NCBI RefSeq assembly: GCF_035594765.1
Contig: NC_085843.1
Span: 125,465,971 to 125,529,970, forward strand
From: Anolis carolinensis
Lineage: Eukaryota
DNA length: 64,000 nucleotides
Direction: 5' to 3'
The notes below the pieces were generated by a model that ran no database searches, had not been told where the DNA came from, and saw only the letters and a program-made list of their open reading frames with translations. Positions within the stretch are counted from its first letter, which is position 1. The number at the start of each line of letters is the position of its first letter. Both the position numbers and the translations under genes were made by a program. Positions 1 through 12,580 of the stretch are shown piece by piece.

Positions 1-1916
1 CCTCTCCATTTGTATCATACCTTTTAGGCAAAAATATTCTCCAGGACAGATCCTATTAATAAAAATGTCATATCCCATGGTACAAGGCAAATAAGTGAAA
101 ATAAAAGATAAGTAGATGGAAAAGATGACATAACTTTGAGAATGCCAAAGCAAAACTGACAGTGACTAATAGAAAGTTATAACTAGATGGAATCAGATTG
201 ATCTTCGATTGCAGATATGGAGGCAATGAAAATAGCAACCTGTGGTTTCTGACTGGTATTGTATAAAATCCTAAAAAAATAGTATCAGTATGTCTACCTA
301 TCTATAGCAGTGATAACTTGTTGGCCCATATTCTTCAAAATGTGACAGATGTTTTTTTATTGTCTTCCAGTTTGCAGTGCCAACTTTCTATTCGAAAATC
401 TAAAATCCAAACTGAGGTGGTAAATAGGGATTGTTAGAAGCAGAAAACAATAAAAAGCACAATTCATTGGGAGATACAGGGACAGCACTATTAGTAAGGT
501 AGGAATATAAGGTAGGAAACAAGAGAGAGTTAGGGCACTGCTGCTAAAATTCCAGAGGTTAAAGGTGATGAGAAAATGGGAGAGAGTTCTCTGAAGTAAG
601 ATTGCTAAGGTAAAAAGGGGGAAAGAGTGTGAAAAACAGTAACCCCCTGGCACTGGGTACACTTAGTTACACATAAGTTTGTTTCTCAATCGCAAACAGA
701 AAAACCTAAGGAATTTTTTTTTTGAAAGCAGAATGATACGATGAAACCTCTCTGTGACTGAAGCATTACGTCTCCTTGGTTCAGACACCATGATCCAATA
801 AAGCATGTTTATTCGGTAAGGGATGAAATTTATGACTATTATGTGCTTGCCGCTATTCTTTGCCACTCATATACTAGCTTCTGCATATATGAAACCACCA
901 ATTCCATTGTAATTGAAACCTGGAGACAGTAGCCAACCTAAATCTTTCTTTCCATGCCAACCTAGACTCAATACACTAAACTTCTTGATCTGGTTATGAG
1001 TGATGCTATAAAATGCATAGAAAAGGTTGAAAAACCAGGAGTTTTTGCTCCTGTTCTCTGAGGTTTTCTTGTCTCTATCTATATCTAGAATGCCATTGCC
1101 CTTAAATCCATCTTAAGTATCCCACAATGACAGCTTCCTGCCCTGCCCTGCCTAATGGAAAATAGTTACATAAAACCTCCCCTCTATACACCTCTCCTCT
1201 ATATACACAACCCTGGGAAGTTAGCAGGACTACCCATTCAATTCCACATCTCTGTGTCCTGTTTTTAAATGGCAACAATTCCTTCTCTTTACTGTTCAAT
1301 ACATTGTCCTTTGGACTGTGGAAAATAGCTACAAGTTTAGGTGTCTGTGTGAAATACACATCATTTAATAACCTTTCCCCTAATGTGATGATTGATTGCT
1401 TGATAGTTAGCTTCAGACAGTGGTAAAAATGATGGGAATTGTGGTCCAAGCATCTGGATAAGCCAAGGTTTTTAGAAACAGGTTAATACAATAATCCTCT
1501 TAGGTATTACTATCATTGATCAAGACAGTTGATGTTTAGGGATTTGGTAATGGAAATCTCTAGGTTGTCATTATTTCCTTTCCCGAGTAGGACAAGATCA
1601 GTGTGGACAAGAACTGGTGGAGCAGCTACTTCCATCTCTATATATATAAAAGAGTGATGGCATCACGGCAATTCACAAAACAACAAAAGTACAGGCCCCC
1701 CAACCTCAAAATTTGACAACACAACCCATCATCCACGCCTCAAGGTTGATACAACAAAAAGAAAAGAAAAATAAAGCCCTAATTAGAGGGAGAGCAATAA
1801 TTTTTTTTATCCAATTGCTGCCAGTTTAGAGGGCTAATCTCTGCCCACGTGGTTGCCTAGCAACCAGCCAAGGGACAGCCAGGTTTCAGTTAGGGGACAG
1901 GCAGATTTAGGCCTCA

Positions 1917-2150
1917 CTGAGTCTTCTTCCACAGATTATCTAATTTGCACTGGATTATATGGCAGTGTAGACTCAAGGCCCTTCCACACAGCTATATAAC
2001 CCATTTATAATCTTATATTATCTGCTTTGCACTGGATTATCTTGACTCCGCACTACCATATAATCCACTTCAGTGTGCATTTTATACAGCTGTGAAGAAG
2101 GGGCCTCAGATAATCCAGTTCTGAGCAGATAATATAAGATTAGAAATATA
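1917..2150. mobile_element. Harbinger-like palindromic MITE with a same-family copy (1976-2105) nested inside; Helitron cargo
   Basis: Inner element has GGCCCTTCCACACAG-type TIRs flanked by TCA on both sides. It splits the outer motif gactca|gataatccag, which is intact in the free copy near 11340. Confidence 0.65.
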
Positions 2151-2813
2151 CAGTAGAGTCTCACTTATCCAACGTAAACAGGCCGGCAGGATAAGTGAAT
2201 ATGTTGGATAATAAGAAGGGATTCAGGAAAAGCCAATTAAACATCAAATTAGGTAATCGTTATACAAATTAAGCACCAAAACATCATATTATACAACAAA
2301 TTTGACAGAAAAAGTACTTTCATGCGCAGTAATGCTATGTAGTATTTACAGTAGAGTCTCACTTATCCAACACTCGCTTATCCAACGTTCTGGATTATCC
2401 AACGCATTTTTGTAGTCAATGCTTTCAATATATCGTGATATTTTGGTGCTAAATTCATAAATCCAGTAATTTCTACATAGAATTACTGTGTATTGAACTA
2501 CTTTTTCTTCCAAATTTGTTGTCTAACATGATGTTTTGGTCCTTAATTTGTGAAATCATAACTTAATTTGATGTTTAATAGGCTTATCCGTAATCCCTCC
2601 TTATTATCCAACATATTCGCTTATCCAACATTCTGCCGGCCCGTTTATGTTGGATAAGTGAGACTCTACTGTACTGTATTTACAAATTTACCGCTAAAAT
2701 ATCACAATGAATTTAAAACACTGACTACAAAAACATTGATTATGAAAAGGCAGACTGCGTTGGATAATCCAGAACATTGTATAAGCGAATGTTGGATAAG
2801 TGAGATTCTTCTT
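2151..2813. mobile_element. Tc1/mariner-type MITE with an inverted same-family copy (2349-2671) nested inside; Helitron cargo
   Basis: TIR CAGTAGAGTCTCACTTATCCAAC, with TA flanks on both outer and inner elements. The outer right TIR is degenerate (gagattcttctt). Confidence 0.9.
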
Positions 2814-2879
2814 TAATATGAAATAATTACTGGGATAGAATAAAGCAGAACAATATAATCTCTAAAACCAGGACAGTAA

Positions 2880-3190
2880 ATAAACAGGGGAATTCCACAC
2901 AGGAAACAATCAGGGTCAGCTAACACCTCCCAACAAAGTATTCCCATCCTCAAAGTCTGGCAAATCCTCTGTTTTCTCAGGGCCACAGACAGTAGAAGCA
3001 CATAAAATATCGCAAACAACACCACTCTGAAAACAAGGGAATTCCAGACAGGAAACAATCAGGGCCAGCTAACACCTCCCAACAAAAAATTCACTCAGGG
3101 AGGAAACAGCCAGGCTTTAAAGCTGCAAGGTCATTACATCCTAATCATTTTTCCTAATTGCAGCATTCATACTTGCCTCCAACAAACAAA
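2880..3190 (+). mobile_element. Penelope-like segment with a ~50-bp direct repeat; Helitron cargo
   Basis: GGGAATTCCAsACAGGAAACAATCAGGGyCAGCTAACACCTCCCAACAAA occurs at 2888 and 3037. Resembles lizard Penelope terminal sequence (from memory). Confidence 0.5.
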
Positions 3191-3239
3191 AAAAACCAAT
3201 CAGAAATATTGTATATTCACAGCCTTTAAGAAATAATAT

Positions 3240-3567
3240 CCCCTGATGGCGCAGCGTGTTAAAGCGCTGAGCTACTGAACTTCTGGACTGAAAGGCCGCA
3301 GGTTTGAATTGGGGGAGCGGAGAGAGCCCCCACTGTTAGCTCCAGCTTCTGCCAACCCAGAAGTTCGAAAACATGCAAATGTGAGTGCATCAATAGGTAC
3401 TGCTCCGGCGGGAAGGTAACGCCGCTCCATGTAGTCATCCCACATGACCTTGGAGGAGTCTACGGACAACGCCGGCTCTTCGGCTTAGAAATGGAGATGA
3501 GCCCCAATCCCCAGAGTCAGACACGACTGGACTTAATGTCTGGGGAAAATCTTTACCCTTGACCTTA
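3240..3567 (+). mobile_element. Sauria SINE; Helitron cargo
   Basis: tRNA-like head, the same body as the copies at 23359 and 46743, and an (ACCTTT)-like tail. Confidence 0.9.
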
Positions 3568-3756
3568 ACTACCACCAATTCCTCAATACTTTATTTCCCA
3601 TACCACCAGATTTCGCCACAGCAACGCGTGGCCAGGCACAGCTAGTAGCATTATAAAATCCAACATTTTCATGCAGCACATGCAGCTGGATTTCAGTAAC
3701 TGCCAGGCATTGCAAGTTGCTCATAATGATCAATAACAAAAGAGTTGCCTTTAAGT

Positions 3757-3951
3757 ATAGAATCATAGAATCATAGAGTTGGAAGAGACCTCATGGGCCA
3801 TCCAGTCCAACCCCCTGCCGAGAATCACATTCAAAGCACACCCGACAGATGGCCATCCAGCTTCTGCTTAAAAACTTCCAAAGAAGGAGCCTCCATCACA
3901 CTCTGGGGCAGAGAGTTCCAGTGCCGAACAGCTCTCACAGTTAGGAAGTTC
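3757..3951 (-). mobile_element. CR1 LINE 3' end (5'-truncated)
   Basis: (CATAGAAT)n tail; near-identical to 47918-48131 apart from a small deletion. Confidence 0.88.
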
Positions 3952-5186
3952 GGAAATATATGTAATCATACTTGTAATCCACCTTTTCTTTTAAGCTGGG
4001 AAGGAGTCCAGCTGCTTAGTTTCTGCACGCAAACCTTAAAACTGCTAGTGAAAAAGATCCAGAATCAATCAGTGCATTTCACTGCACTTTCAAAATCACC
4101 TCTCTGTCCTTTATTCCAAAATAGCCCTACATTGTGATGCACATTATAAAGGTATTGAAGGATATACCATTTATACACTATCTTTTAGTTTGTGGAAGTC
4201 TGAGATTGTTGCCTGCAAAATCATGATATGTGATTTGTCTTCAGGGTTTGCTAGCATTCAGCATGCTTTAATGTATCTCGCTATTATTGATCTTGATGCT
4301 TAATAATGATTTCATACTGTTAGCTGCCTTGGGGACTGCTTGACCCTCAAGATATATTACAAACAAAGTCAATAATGATCCTGTTTCAAACAAACAAAAA
4401 AAAGCCCAGCAAATGAACCACCAAATGCTGGATGGAATGGGAGGGAAGAGTATGAAACAGTCTGTGAAGTAAGATACTAGGCAGTGTTACAGGTATCCTC
4501 CGTGTTATCATACCAGAAGTTGTAATGCTGTTTGTTTTCACAAACCAGGACTTTATAGTTTCGGAGCAGGCGACTGCTGAGAGGGGACTTTAACCTCTTG
4601 ATTTCAAAGGGATCGTGGTTTCCATTGGTGCCTCCCTGGCTAATGTAAGAAAGGTGTTTTGCCATAAATGGTTCAGAGGTATTTGGTGAGGTTGGAGAGG
4701 GGTCGGCCCAAGCAGGAAGCCCGTTGTCTGCCCTGCAAAGAAAATAGCGCATTACAAAATGAAAGCATCAAAGAGCCAACAGGATGCAGTCCCTGGAGTC
4801 TCTTCTGGCATGTGGGTCCTCCTTGAAAGTTAGCACTGAGTGAAGAGTGACCTTAAAACTCACTTTATTCAAACAGACTGAGCTCAGGTTTAAAGTTCAA
4901 GGCATTTTGTTTTTTCACCTGTTTCCTACAGTTTTCAAAAACTTCTGAAGAATTAATATGTAACTATATCTGGTCACTGAGCCAACAGCAAGGATATTTT
5001 GTTCTCAAGGGAAAAGAATGTTACTGTATTTAAAAGAAGGAAGAGAGAATGCTATATTGGATTGTGGGAAACCATTTCAATGCTAGCATCTCTGGAGCCA
5101 CTGCAACAGAGCACGTAGGACTCAAAATTTTTCCGAACTCCTATGAATCAGAACAATTTATCATGAAGTCTTCTGTTCGGAAAGTA

Positions 5187-5486
5187 CAAATTGAGTATCC
5201 TTTTTCCAGAGTTTCAAAATACTCTCAAATCCTCCTCATAGGTGTCTGAGATAGTGACACTTTAGCTTTCTGAGAGTTCAAAGTACACAAACTTTGCTTC
5301 TTGTACGAAATAATTAAAATACTGCATATAAAATTAACTTTAGGCAATGTGCATGAAACACAAATAAATTTCATGTTTAGACTTGAGTCCTATCTCCCAA
5401 GTATCTCAATATGTATATGCAAGTATTCCAAAATAATAATAATAAATAAGAGCTTCAAGCATTTAGGATAAGAGATATTCGATCTG
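5187..5486. mobile_element. Tigger/pogo-like MITE (older)
   Basis: TA-flanked degenerate TIRs of the CAGGTTGAGTATCC type; internally related to 35361-35694. Confidence 0.65.
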
Positions 5487-6407
5487 TAGTATATGGTGTT
5501 ATAGGATACTAGGCGAAACCATATATAATCCTGACATATTTAAATCTTCCCTTGCAAGCAGGGCAACTCAAAATGTAAGAGGTATCCATCTATGAATCTA
5601 AAGAAGTTCTTCTCATTCCATGACAGATTCAGAATTAGGCCAGCCTTGCTAGAGTAAGTTATCTGATCTCTAGGAGAAGTTTCAATCTTCACTAATGGGG
5701 TCCCACTTACTTCCTCCCAGATAAGGTAAACATTGGCATCCACTGTTCAAGGGAAATATAATGACATATTGGAGGGAGCATGAACAAAAAACCTTCCCTT
5801 GGGGTGGCACAGTATTTGATGAGAGAAAAACTTGGGTGTATGTGCTTGTGTACAGTCTGGAGCTTGACAATTTTGCATGTTTGGATCCCAACTGTCAGAA
5901 TCTTTTCATCAGCATGGCCAGTGGTCAGAATAAATGATCTGAAATAAAAAGAGAGAAAAATCTGCTTTTTGGGGGGACATCAATAGGTGACCCCAAGTTC
6001 TCTCATTTGTTTTCGTCTATATAAAGATGATTGGCTGTCAGTGAGAAACAGATACTAATGTGCTGATTTTAACACTGGATATTATTATTAGTAGTATTCA
6101 TATCCCGCTTCTTCTCTCCCAAAGGAGACTCAAATCAGTTAACATTAAAAATCATACAATATGTAAGTTAAAACCCAAAGCATATAAACATAAAAAGTTA
6201 AATTAAATAAAGGACTTATCTAAAATACATAGTTAAAACCAATAAAAACATTAAAAACCTGGTAGCTACATAAAACACAGCACGTTGTGGCTCAGTCTTT
6301 AAAAAATTCTTCTTTACAAGCCTGCCTGAAAAGAAAGATTTTAGCTTACATATATATCCTATCATTATTATTGGCACTCTTATGGTATAAAATAATGTAT
6401 TAAAATA

Positions 6408-6730
6408 CAGTAGAGTCTCACTTATCCAACCTGAACGGGCCGGCAGAAGCTTGGATAAGCGAATATCTTGGATAATAAGGAGGTATTAAGGAAAAGCCTA
6501 TTAAACATCAAATTAGGTTATGATTTTACAAATTAAGCACCAAAACTTCATGTTGTACAACAAATTTGGCAGAAAATGTAATTCAATACGCAGTAATGCT
6601 ATGTAGTAATTACTGTATTTATGAATTTAGCACCAAAATATCACCATATATTGAAAACATTGACTACAAAAATGGCTTGGATTATCCAGAGGCTTGGATA
6701 AGCGAGGCTTGGATAAGTGAGACTCTACTG
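6408..6730. mobile_element. Tc1/mariner-type MITE (free copy of the Helitron-borne family)
   Basis: Perfect TIRs CAGTAGAGTCTCACTTATCCAA; TA TSD. Confidence 0.92.
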
Positions 6731-7149
6731 TATATGGTTATTTTGGAAATAAGCTGAGTTGTGTCCAAGCAAGTGTTTATATGATTATTCACTGTAGTTT
6801 CTGTAAATCTCATAGCACTCCCTTAGGAGGTGGGATGTGGTTTAAAGCTAAAGGTGTTATGGCTTAGCACATTGCATATTTTTCAGAACTTTACTAGACC
6901 AGCTATTTGAAAAGAAGACCCAATTATAACAATTAAATAGCTAGTAGCCTGAAACAAATGCAGAATATTACACTTTAGTCTGGATAAGGCATCCTTACTG
7001 TGGTTTTCTAATCACATTTCAGTTGTTTTTCTCCCTCAGGTCAAACAATTTCTGTCCTTTAAAATTTCCTCTTCTAACATGTATTGTACACACTAATATG
7101 TAAGTTCAAAAAATGACAAAACATCAACCCAAAAAAGGTCGACTTCTCC

Positions 7150-7535
7150 ACGAGTCCATGCTGGAGGAAAACTGCAACATCCCATCGAATATGAAGTGTG
7201 CCCAAGGGCTGCTTGTAGTCTCTTGGTATCCAGTTTGTTAGTCGACATGTCCATCACTTGTCTTTTATTCATGCTGTATGCCCTGCCCATCTTCTTTTTG
7301 TCTCATAGATTTCATTGACCACGTCACGTACCCCGGTTCTTTGATGTAGCTCTTTATTGCTGTCTTCATCTGTTATTTTCACACCACACATTCTTCTTTC
7401 CATTGCTGTCTGAATCACCACTAGTTTTCCCTCTAACTTTGTTGTTGCCCATGTTTCAGATGCGCATAACGTTGCTGGGAAAACTGTAGTGTTGAGGACC
7501 TTCATAGGCAGCTTATCATCTGTTAGCACTGTCCG
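7150..7535 (-). mobile_element. RTE-clade LINE 3' ORF fragment (degenerate)
   Basis: VLNTTVFPATLCASETW...QTAMERRMCG...RTGV.DV....KRRWAGH, followed by W...NWIPR....G....RWD, typical of the RTE C-terminus. Confidence 0.8.
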
Positions 7536-8570
7536 GTTTCAATTAAAAATTATTCAACTGTATTTGTTGTCAAAATCTGTTCAGCCAGAAATGGAAAAGA
7601 AAAGCCCAGGATTGTATAGTTTGGCAAATGGTAGATCTGCATGAAGCCCGAAGGAGTGGATCGATGACAAATTGGATAGGATATGATAAGATTTGTATAG
7701 ATGTAGACATTGTAAACACTCAGATAAAAAGATCTCCTTCTTCTCTTTACTTCTTCCTAAGTATATTTCCCTCTATGCATTTTAAAGGAAGAGGGAAAAA
7801 TTTGTTTGCTACATGCTCCTATGTTTTACCCTTGATTTGTACATGAGGTCAACTTATACTTGAGTCTGTAAGGTAGTCCTAAGCAAATAAGCTGTACCAA
7901 CAATTGGATAGGCTGTCAGTTGTAGTTAAAAGAAATTGCTGGAAGAGATGACATACAGATTTCACTCATTTTCCCAGGATATTAAACTTTAATGGCTGGG
8001 GCATGAATATTTCATGACAGTATCTTTTCAGTAGGTTGTTTTATCCTGGAGGATATTGTATATTATAAGGGCTGATTTGTTTCTAGGTAAAGCTGGTGAA
8101 ATGTTGGGAGTATTGACTTCTCCCTCCTTTGGTTACAATATAAAGCATATTTCTGTCGTTGAGTCTTCCACTTCTACGAGCTACTATGTATTTATTTTTT
8201 GATGGTTCATTATATAAGCCTAAACATTAAATACTATTCTTTATTCTTGCCACAAGGTGGCTAAATGATCTTTTAATGCAGGTTGAAGTGGTTATTTTGT
8301 TGCCTTTATTTTACATTCATGCTTTGGCATAGCATAAAAAACCTACAGAGGTATACACACTGTCCTATTAGAAAATATCTAAAGCCACAGGAGGGTAATT
8401 GCTTTGTTAAGATTGACAAACATGTAACAGATAGAGCCAGCCTTAGGAGGTCAGTGAGTTGGGCTATCACCTTGGATGCGGAGGTGAAGACAGTGCTGAG
8501 ATGCGATCCATGGCTTGGTATTTCCTGCCTCTAGTGCTTCCAGTGAGCTAGGAAGGAGAAAAACTAATAA

Positions 8571-8766
8571 GAGTACATCTACACTGTAGAATTAATTCAG
8601 TTTGAAATCACTTGTAACAGTCATGGTTCAATACTAGTACTGTAGTTTAAAAAAATCTTTATCCTTCTCTACCAAAGGGTTTTTGTGCCCCATCAAACTG
8701 CAACTCCTATGATTCCATTGAATGCAGCCATGGCGGCTGCATTAATTCTACACTGTAGACACAGCC
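8571..8766. mobile_element. Harbinger-like palindromic MITE
   Basis: Inverted ends tctacactgtagaattaat / attaattctacactgtaga. Related fragments at ~42960-43075 and ~50645-50697. Confidence 0.6.
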
Positions 8767-10511
8767 TGTGTCTTTCCCCATTTGCTGGAGCTTGAAAAAG
8801 TAACACTTAGCACAATACCTCCCATGATCCCCAGCACAGGTCAGGGTCATGCATTCTGGGGGATTCTGGGAGTCATAATACAAGGCATTTTTTTCAAGCT
8901 CTGTTTTGCCCTCCTGAAATTCCATAGGATGTATTAACTGCAGGAATTAATGCCTGCAAAAGGAAATGCCTGTCATTTGGCTGTAATCTTTTTTCCTCCA
9001 ATTTCTACTGTTTTTGAAGTAGCATTTACCAGCCGCCATTGAGTCTTATTTGGGAACGCTGTAAAACTGCTAACCTTCAAAAGGCTCCCTGCCAAAAGTG
9101 TCCCCCTCTAAAGCCTGGCCCAGACCACAGAACAGCCAGAATGCCATTGTGGATTCAGAGTAATTGTGAATCATTTCACAAAAGGATACACACACACACC
9201 CTAGTTCTAGAGTAGATAAAACCATTACATCTATCAATAAAGATGCAAAGAGGGCTGTGTTTGCCTGTCTTTTGCAATGTTAGGTCACCTTCTTTCAGGG
9301 GCTTTACAAGTCCTGACTTGTTGTGTTTTATGTCCAGGTGGGTCAAGGGCTCCAGCCACAACCACTGGCCTTGATTTAAATGTCAATTTCCTCACCAGCT
9401 TTTCCTTTCCATGAAACAGCATGTCAGCAACTAGGAACCATAATGGAAACCATATTCCTAAGTGTTAAGCAGGACCTTGGAGACCTCTTGCCTCTCGGAA
9501 TCAATTGTAACAAAATGTGCAAAGCCTCTGTTCTGTTTGATAGATGAATGGGCAAGGAAGTGCTATCTGATTTCAGTTGTGAGAAGTCCTCTTCCCCCAT
9601 GAAAAATTTCCCTTTTCTAAAACCAGCGTAGCTCTATATCCGCAGTAGAGAAATTGCTTCATGTAAATCAAGCGTATCTTCTGCAGACAGATGCTCTACT
9701 TGCAATGGAGATTTTAAAGTGTATTTCCATTTTTCCTTTTGTATGGTAACTTATTAACTCTGACAAGTAACCTCTTGGTTGTGAACAATTTAATTCACAA
9801 TTCACTTTTTCTGATTCAAAGTGAACACGAGTGCCCTAATCCCCTAATGGGAATTAATTGCATGTTTCAGTGCTTAACTCTGATCCTTTCTCAATCCCCA
9901 CTGGGACAAGTTTCTTCCAGAAGGATCTGTGTTTGTTATTCAAAACACAATCTGAAAGGTAATGATTTTTTTTTTTTTGCCCTCCAAAAGGGAACCAGAG
10001 CAACTGAATATTAATGTTCTCTCCTTTGTCGGGAAGCAATCTATAGTCTCACACCCATTTGATGTCATGAAGAGTAAACATACAAAGCTAAATGAGGATG
10101 AAATAACAGGGCAAATCAGGGTGGCAATTTGAAAACACCGCCAAAAAAGGGGGAGCATGTGATTTTGAGGGCAGGATCTTGTGAATCTCTAAGAAATAGC
10201 ATCACTTTGTGGGAAATAACTGAAGTCTCAATCAGTAGACAGAAGAAAATGACAGGGGTTTTTAAAGACATCAGTGCTTTTGACAAGATTCTCTGTTTCT
10301 AGGTATTTTGAATAGTGTTTTTAGTGTAAAAATTATTCTCAAACAGATTTGTGGAATACATTATCTCTGAACTGCAAACAATATGGAAAGTGCTGAGCCT
10401 TAGACATTTTCTTGAGGCCACTATTCCTTTCTTTTTAATCCCACCTTTCTCCCAAGAAGATCAAGGTGGCACAAAGCTTACTTTCAGTCCCCACATTTCT
10501 AGCATTGGAGG

Positions 10512-11767
10512 CAGGCCTGTAGCCAGAAAAAAACTTCAGTAGGGGTGGAAACTTTTCCCCCCCAAGATGACTTTTCAGGTCAGTGTCTCCTGATCTGGCA
10601 TGATATCTCAACAAGGTCCTGAAATCATTATGCATTATTATGCAAAGATTCTTCATGGGTAATAGGCCCTGAATGATTGCTCCCTCCTTAGGTCAGCTCT
10701 TGTTGGCCACAAAAGACAATAGTTTCCACAACTGGCAGAAGTTTCTTTCTGTGTTCTTCTGCTTTCTTATTATTTCCTTTATCATGATGACTGGTTAAAC
10801 CAAGGTGTTTTCCACTGTGAATTAGCAAGAGATTTTCAGTCAAGCACAAGTTGTTCTGATGGTATTCTGTTTTTTTGGGGGGTTTTATCTATTGAACTTG
10901 TATTGCATCTTTCCATTGCACAAATGGTTTAGCAACCAATGCACCAAGCTGCTGATGACCAGCTTTACCCCCAACTTCTCCTCCAAACACCACACAGTAC
11001 TTACAGTTTGCACCTTTTACATGAAATGAGTAGGCTAGCCAGGGAAATCTGCTGAACCATTTGGGTTGAAAATTTAGATGTGCCTTCTTATCCACAGGAA
11101 ATACATATTTTGGCAATGAGCTTTCACTTGGTCATCAGAAACAGCCTTGTTCATATAGAGTCCAAAGTCTAACAATGACAGCTCTTGTCTTTGCTCCTGT
11201 TCCATGGCTTCTTTGACAGGGTTTGGATTAGATGAACCGGTGGGAGACACCGTTTCTACAGTTTTTTCAGGCCCTTTCCACAAAGCTGAATAAAATCCCA
11301 AATTTTCTGCTTTGAACTGGAATATATGGCAGTGTGGACTCAGATAATCCAGTTCAAAGCAGATATTGTAGGGTTTTCTGCCTTATATTCTGCGTTACAT
11401 GCCTTTGTGAAAGGGCCATCAGTTTTCACCTGCAATTCAGGTCAAATTCCACCCCCACCCCCCACATACACCTTAAGCTTTGCTGCTGGCTGAGGATAAA
11501 TCAACTGGTCTCTTCCACCATGTCAGCTATTGCTGCTATTGCAATGTAAATTGGTGTAAAGGTAGGTAATGATAGTGTGAATAATAAAAATTTTGGTTGA
11601 GATAGTGCTTGCAGTTCTGGAGGGACTCTAATTTTTGCTTCTCATATACTTGGCATGAGGATTTGGTTAACCAGTTAAAATTCATGTGTAAACCAGGATT
11701 TCTTTTGACTTGAAAAATTCCAGGGGTTGTTTGAACCCCTAAACCACCCCCCTTGGCTATGGGCTTG
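10512..11767 (-). mobile_element. Internally deleted hAT (Tip100/TTF-zinc-finger type) transposon with a decayed transposase N-terminus
   Basis: Imperfect TIRs CAGGCCTGTAGCCAG / CAAGCCCATAGCCAA. Broken minus-strand frames give FQPKWFSRFPWLAYS....GANCKYC, L.PVVETIVFCGQQEL and NDFRTLLRY...GD..LK.HL. Confidence 0.82.
11270..11418. mobile_element. Harbinger-like MITE inserted in the hAT element
   Basis: TIRs GGCCCTTTC(C)ACAAAG; internal palindrome ctgctttgaactgga / tccagttcaaagcag; TCA on both flanks. Confidence 0.75.
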
Positions 11768-12459
11768 ATAAGACACTGAAAATTGTTCACGTCTTAATTC
11801 ATATACTTGCCTGCCCCTTTTCTAAATGCTCAATGGAGTTGAAAGTGACCGCAAAGCTAGAAATTTTGGGGACTGTCATGCCACAAGGAGGCAAACATCA
11901 TCTGCTGCCCTGTTCCTTTAAGATTCTAAAGGGGCAGAGCTTAGCCATGGCTCCTGCCAACCTGGAAATGGCAGTTATTTTTTGTCAGTTAGATTTTGTC
12001 AGTTGGTGAAGCACTGGAAGGAAGCGTGGAAGTTAAAAGGAGCACAGAAATTCACGTCATGTCGGAACTGTATTCAGATTAGATTAAAAGGCCATAGAAT
12101 ACAGCAATAGAGAAAGTCACGACAACATTGTATTAAAGTCACCTCAAAGCTACAAAGAATCCAGTCATGACAAGACTTTATACTGTGTGGCAATATCTAT
12201 CCAGAACTGCATAGACGTAAAGATTTCTTTCCTCCTAAGAGACTTTATAGTGGCAACAAGAGGAAAAGAGATCAGTTTTGTCTATTAATAAAATATTTTG
12301 ATTTACCAAATACAGTCTCCAATCTGTCCTTCTTGCTATGGTGCCTTCTTTTAGTTAAGCATGGAGGCAGAACAGGGACTGAAGGAGTATTTACTTGGGA
12401 CAGAATTCTCCCCGGTGAATTGTAATCTTCCTTTCATCGGTGGAATTTAACTTGTATTA

Positions 12460-12460
<1 letters not shown>

Positions 12461-12507
<47 letters not shown>

Positions 12508-12580
12508 CTTTATATCCTGTCCTATCTCCCTGAGGAGACGGTTAACAACAAATAGTGGCAAACATTCAATGCCGTAAAAA
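12461..12580 (-). repeat. (AAT)n microsatellite attached to an L2-type 3' tail
   Basis: About 15 AAT units followed by tttatatcctgtcctatctccc, the reverse complement of an L2 tail. Confidence 0.7.

Larger units (their letters stand above)
1635..3645 (+). mobile_element. Composite non-autonomous Helitron, copy 1
   Basis: Begins A|TCTCTATATATATAAAA and ends CTAG|T, with a subterminal hairpin GCCAC-agcaacgc-GTGGC (3615-3632) about 10 nt before CTAG. No TSD; the insertion site is A|T. A near-identical inverted copy starts at 62312. Confidence 0.92.

Noticed and set aside
2151-2813. Regularly recurring ttatccaac/gttggataa motifs as a CRISPR-like array
   Set aside because: They are terminal and subterminal repeats of nested MITEs in eukaryotic DNA, with no repeat-spacer periodicity and no cas genes.
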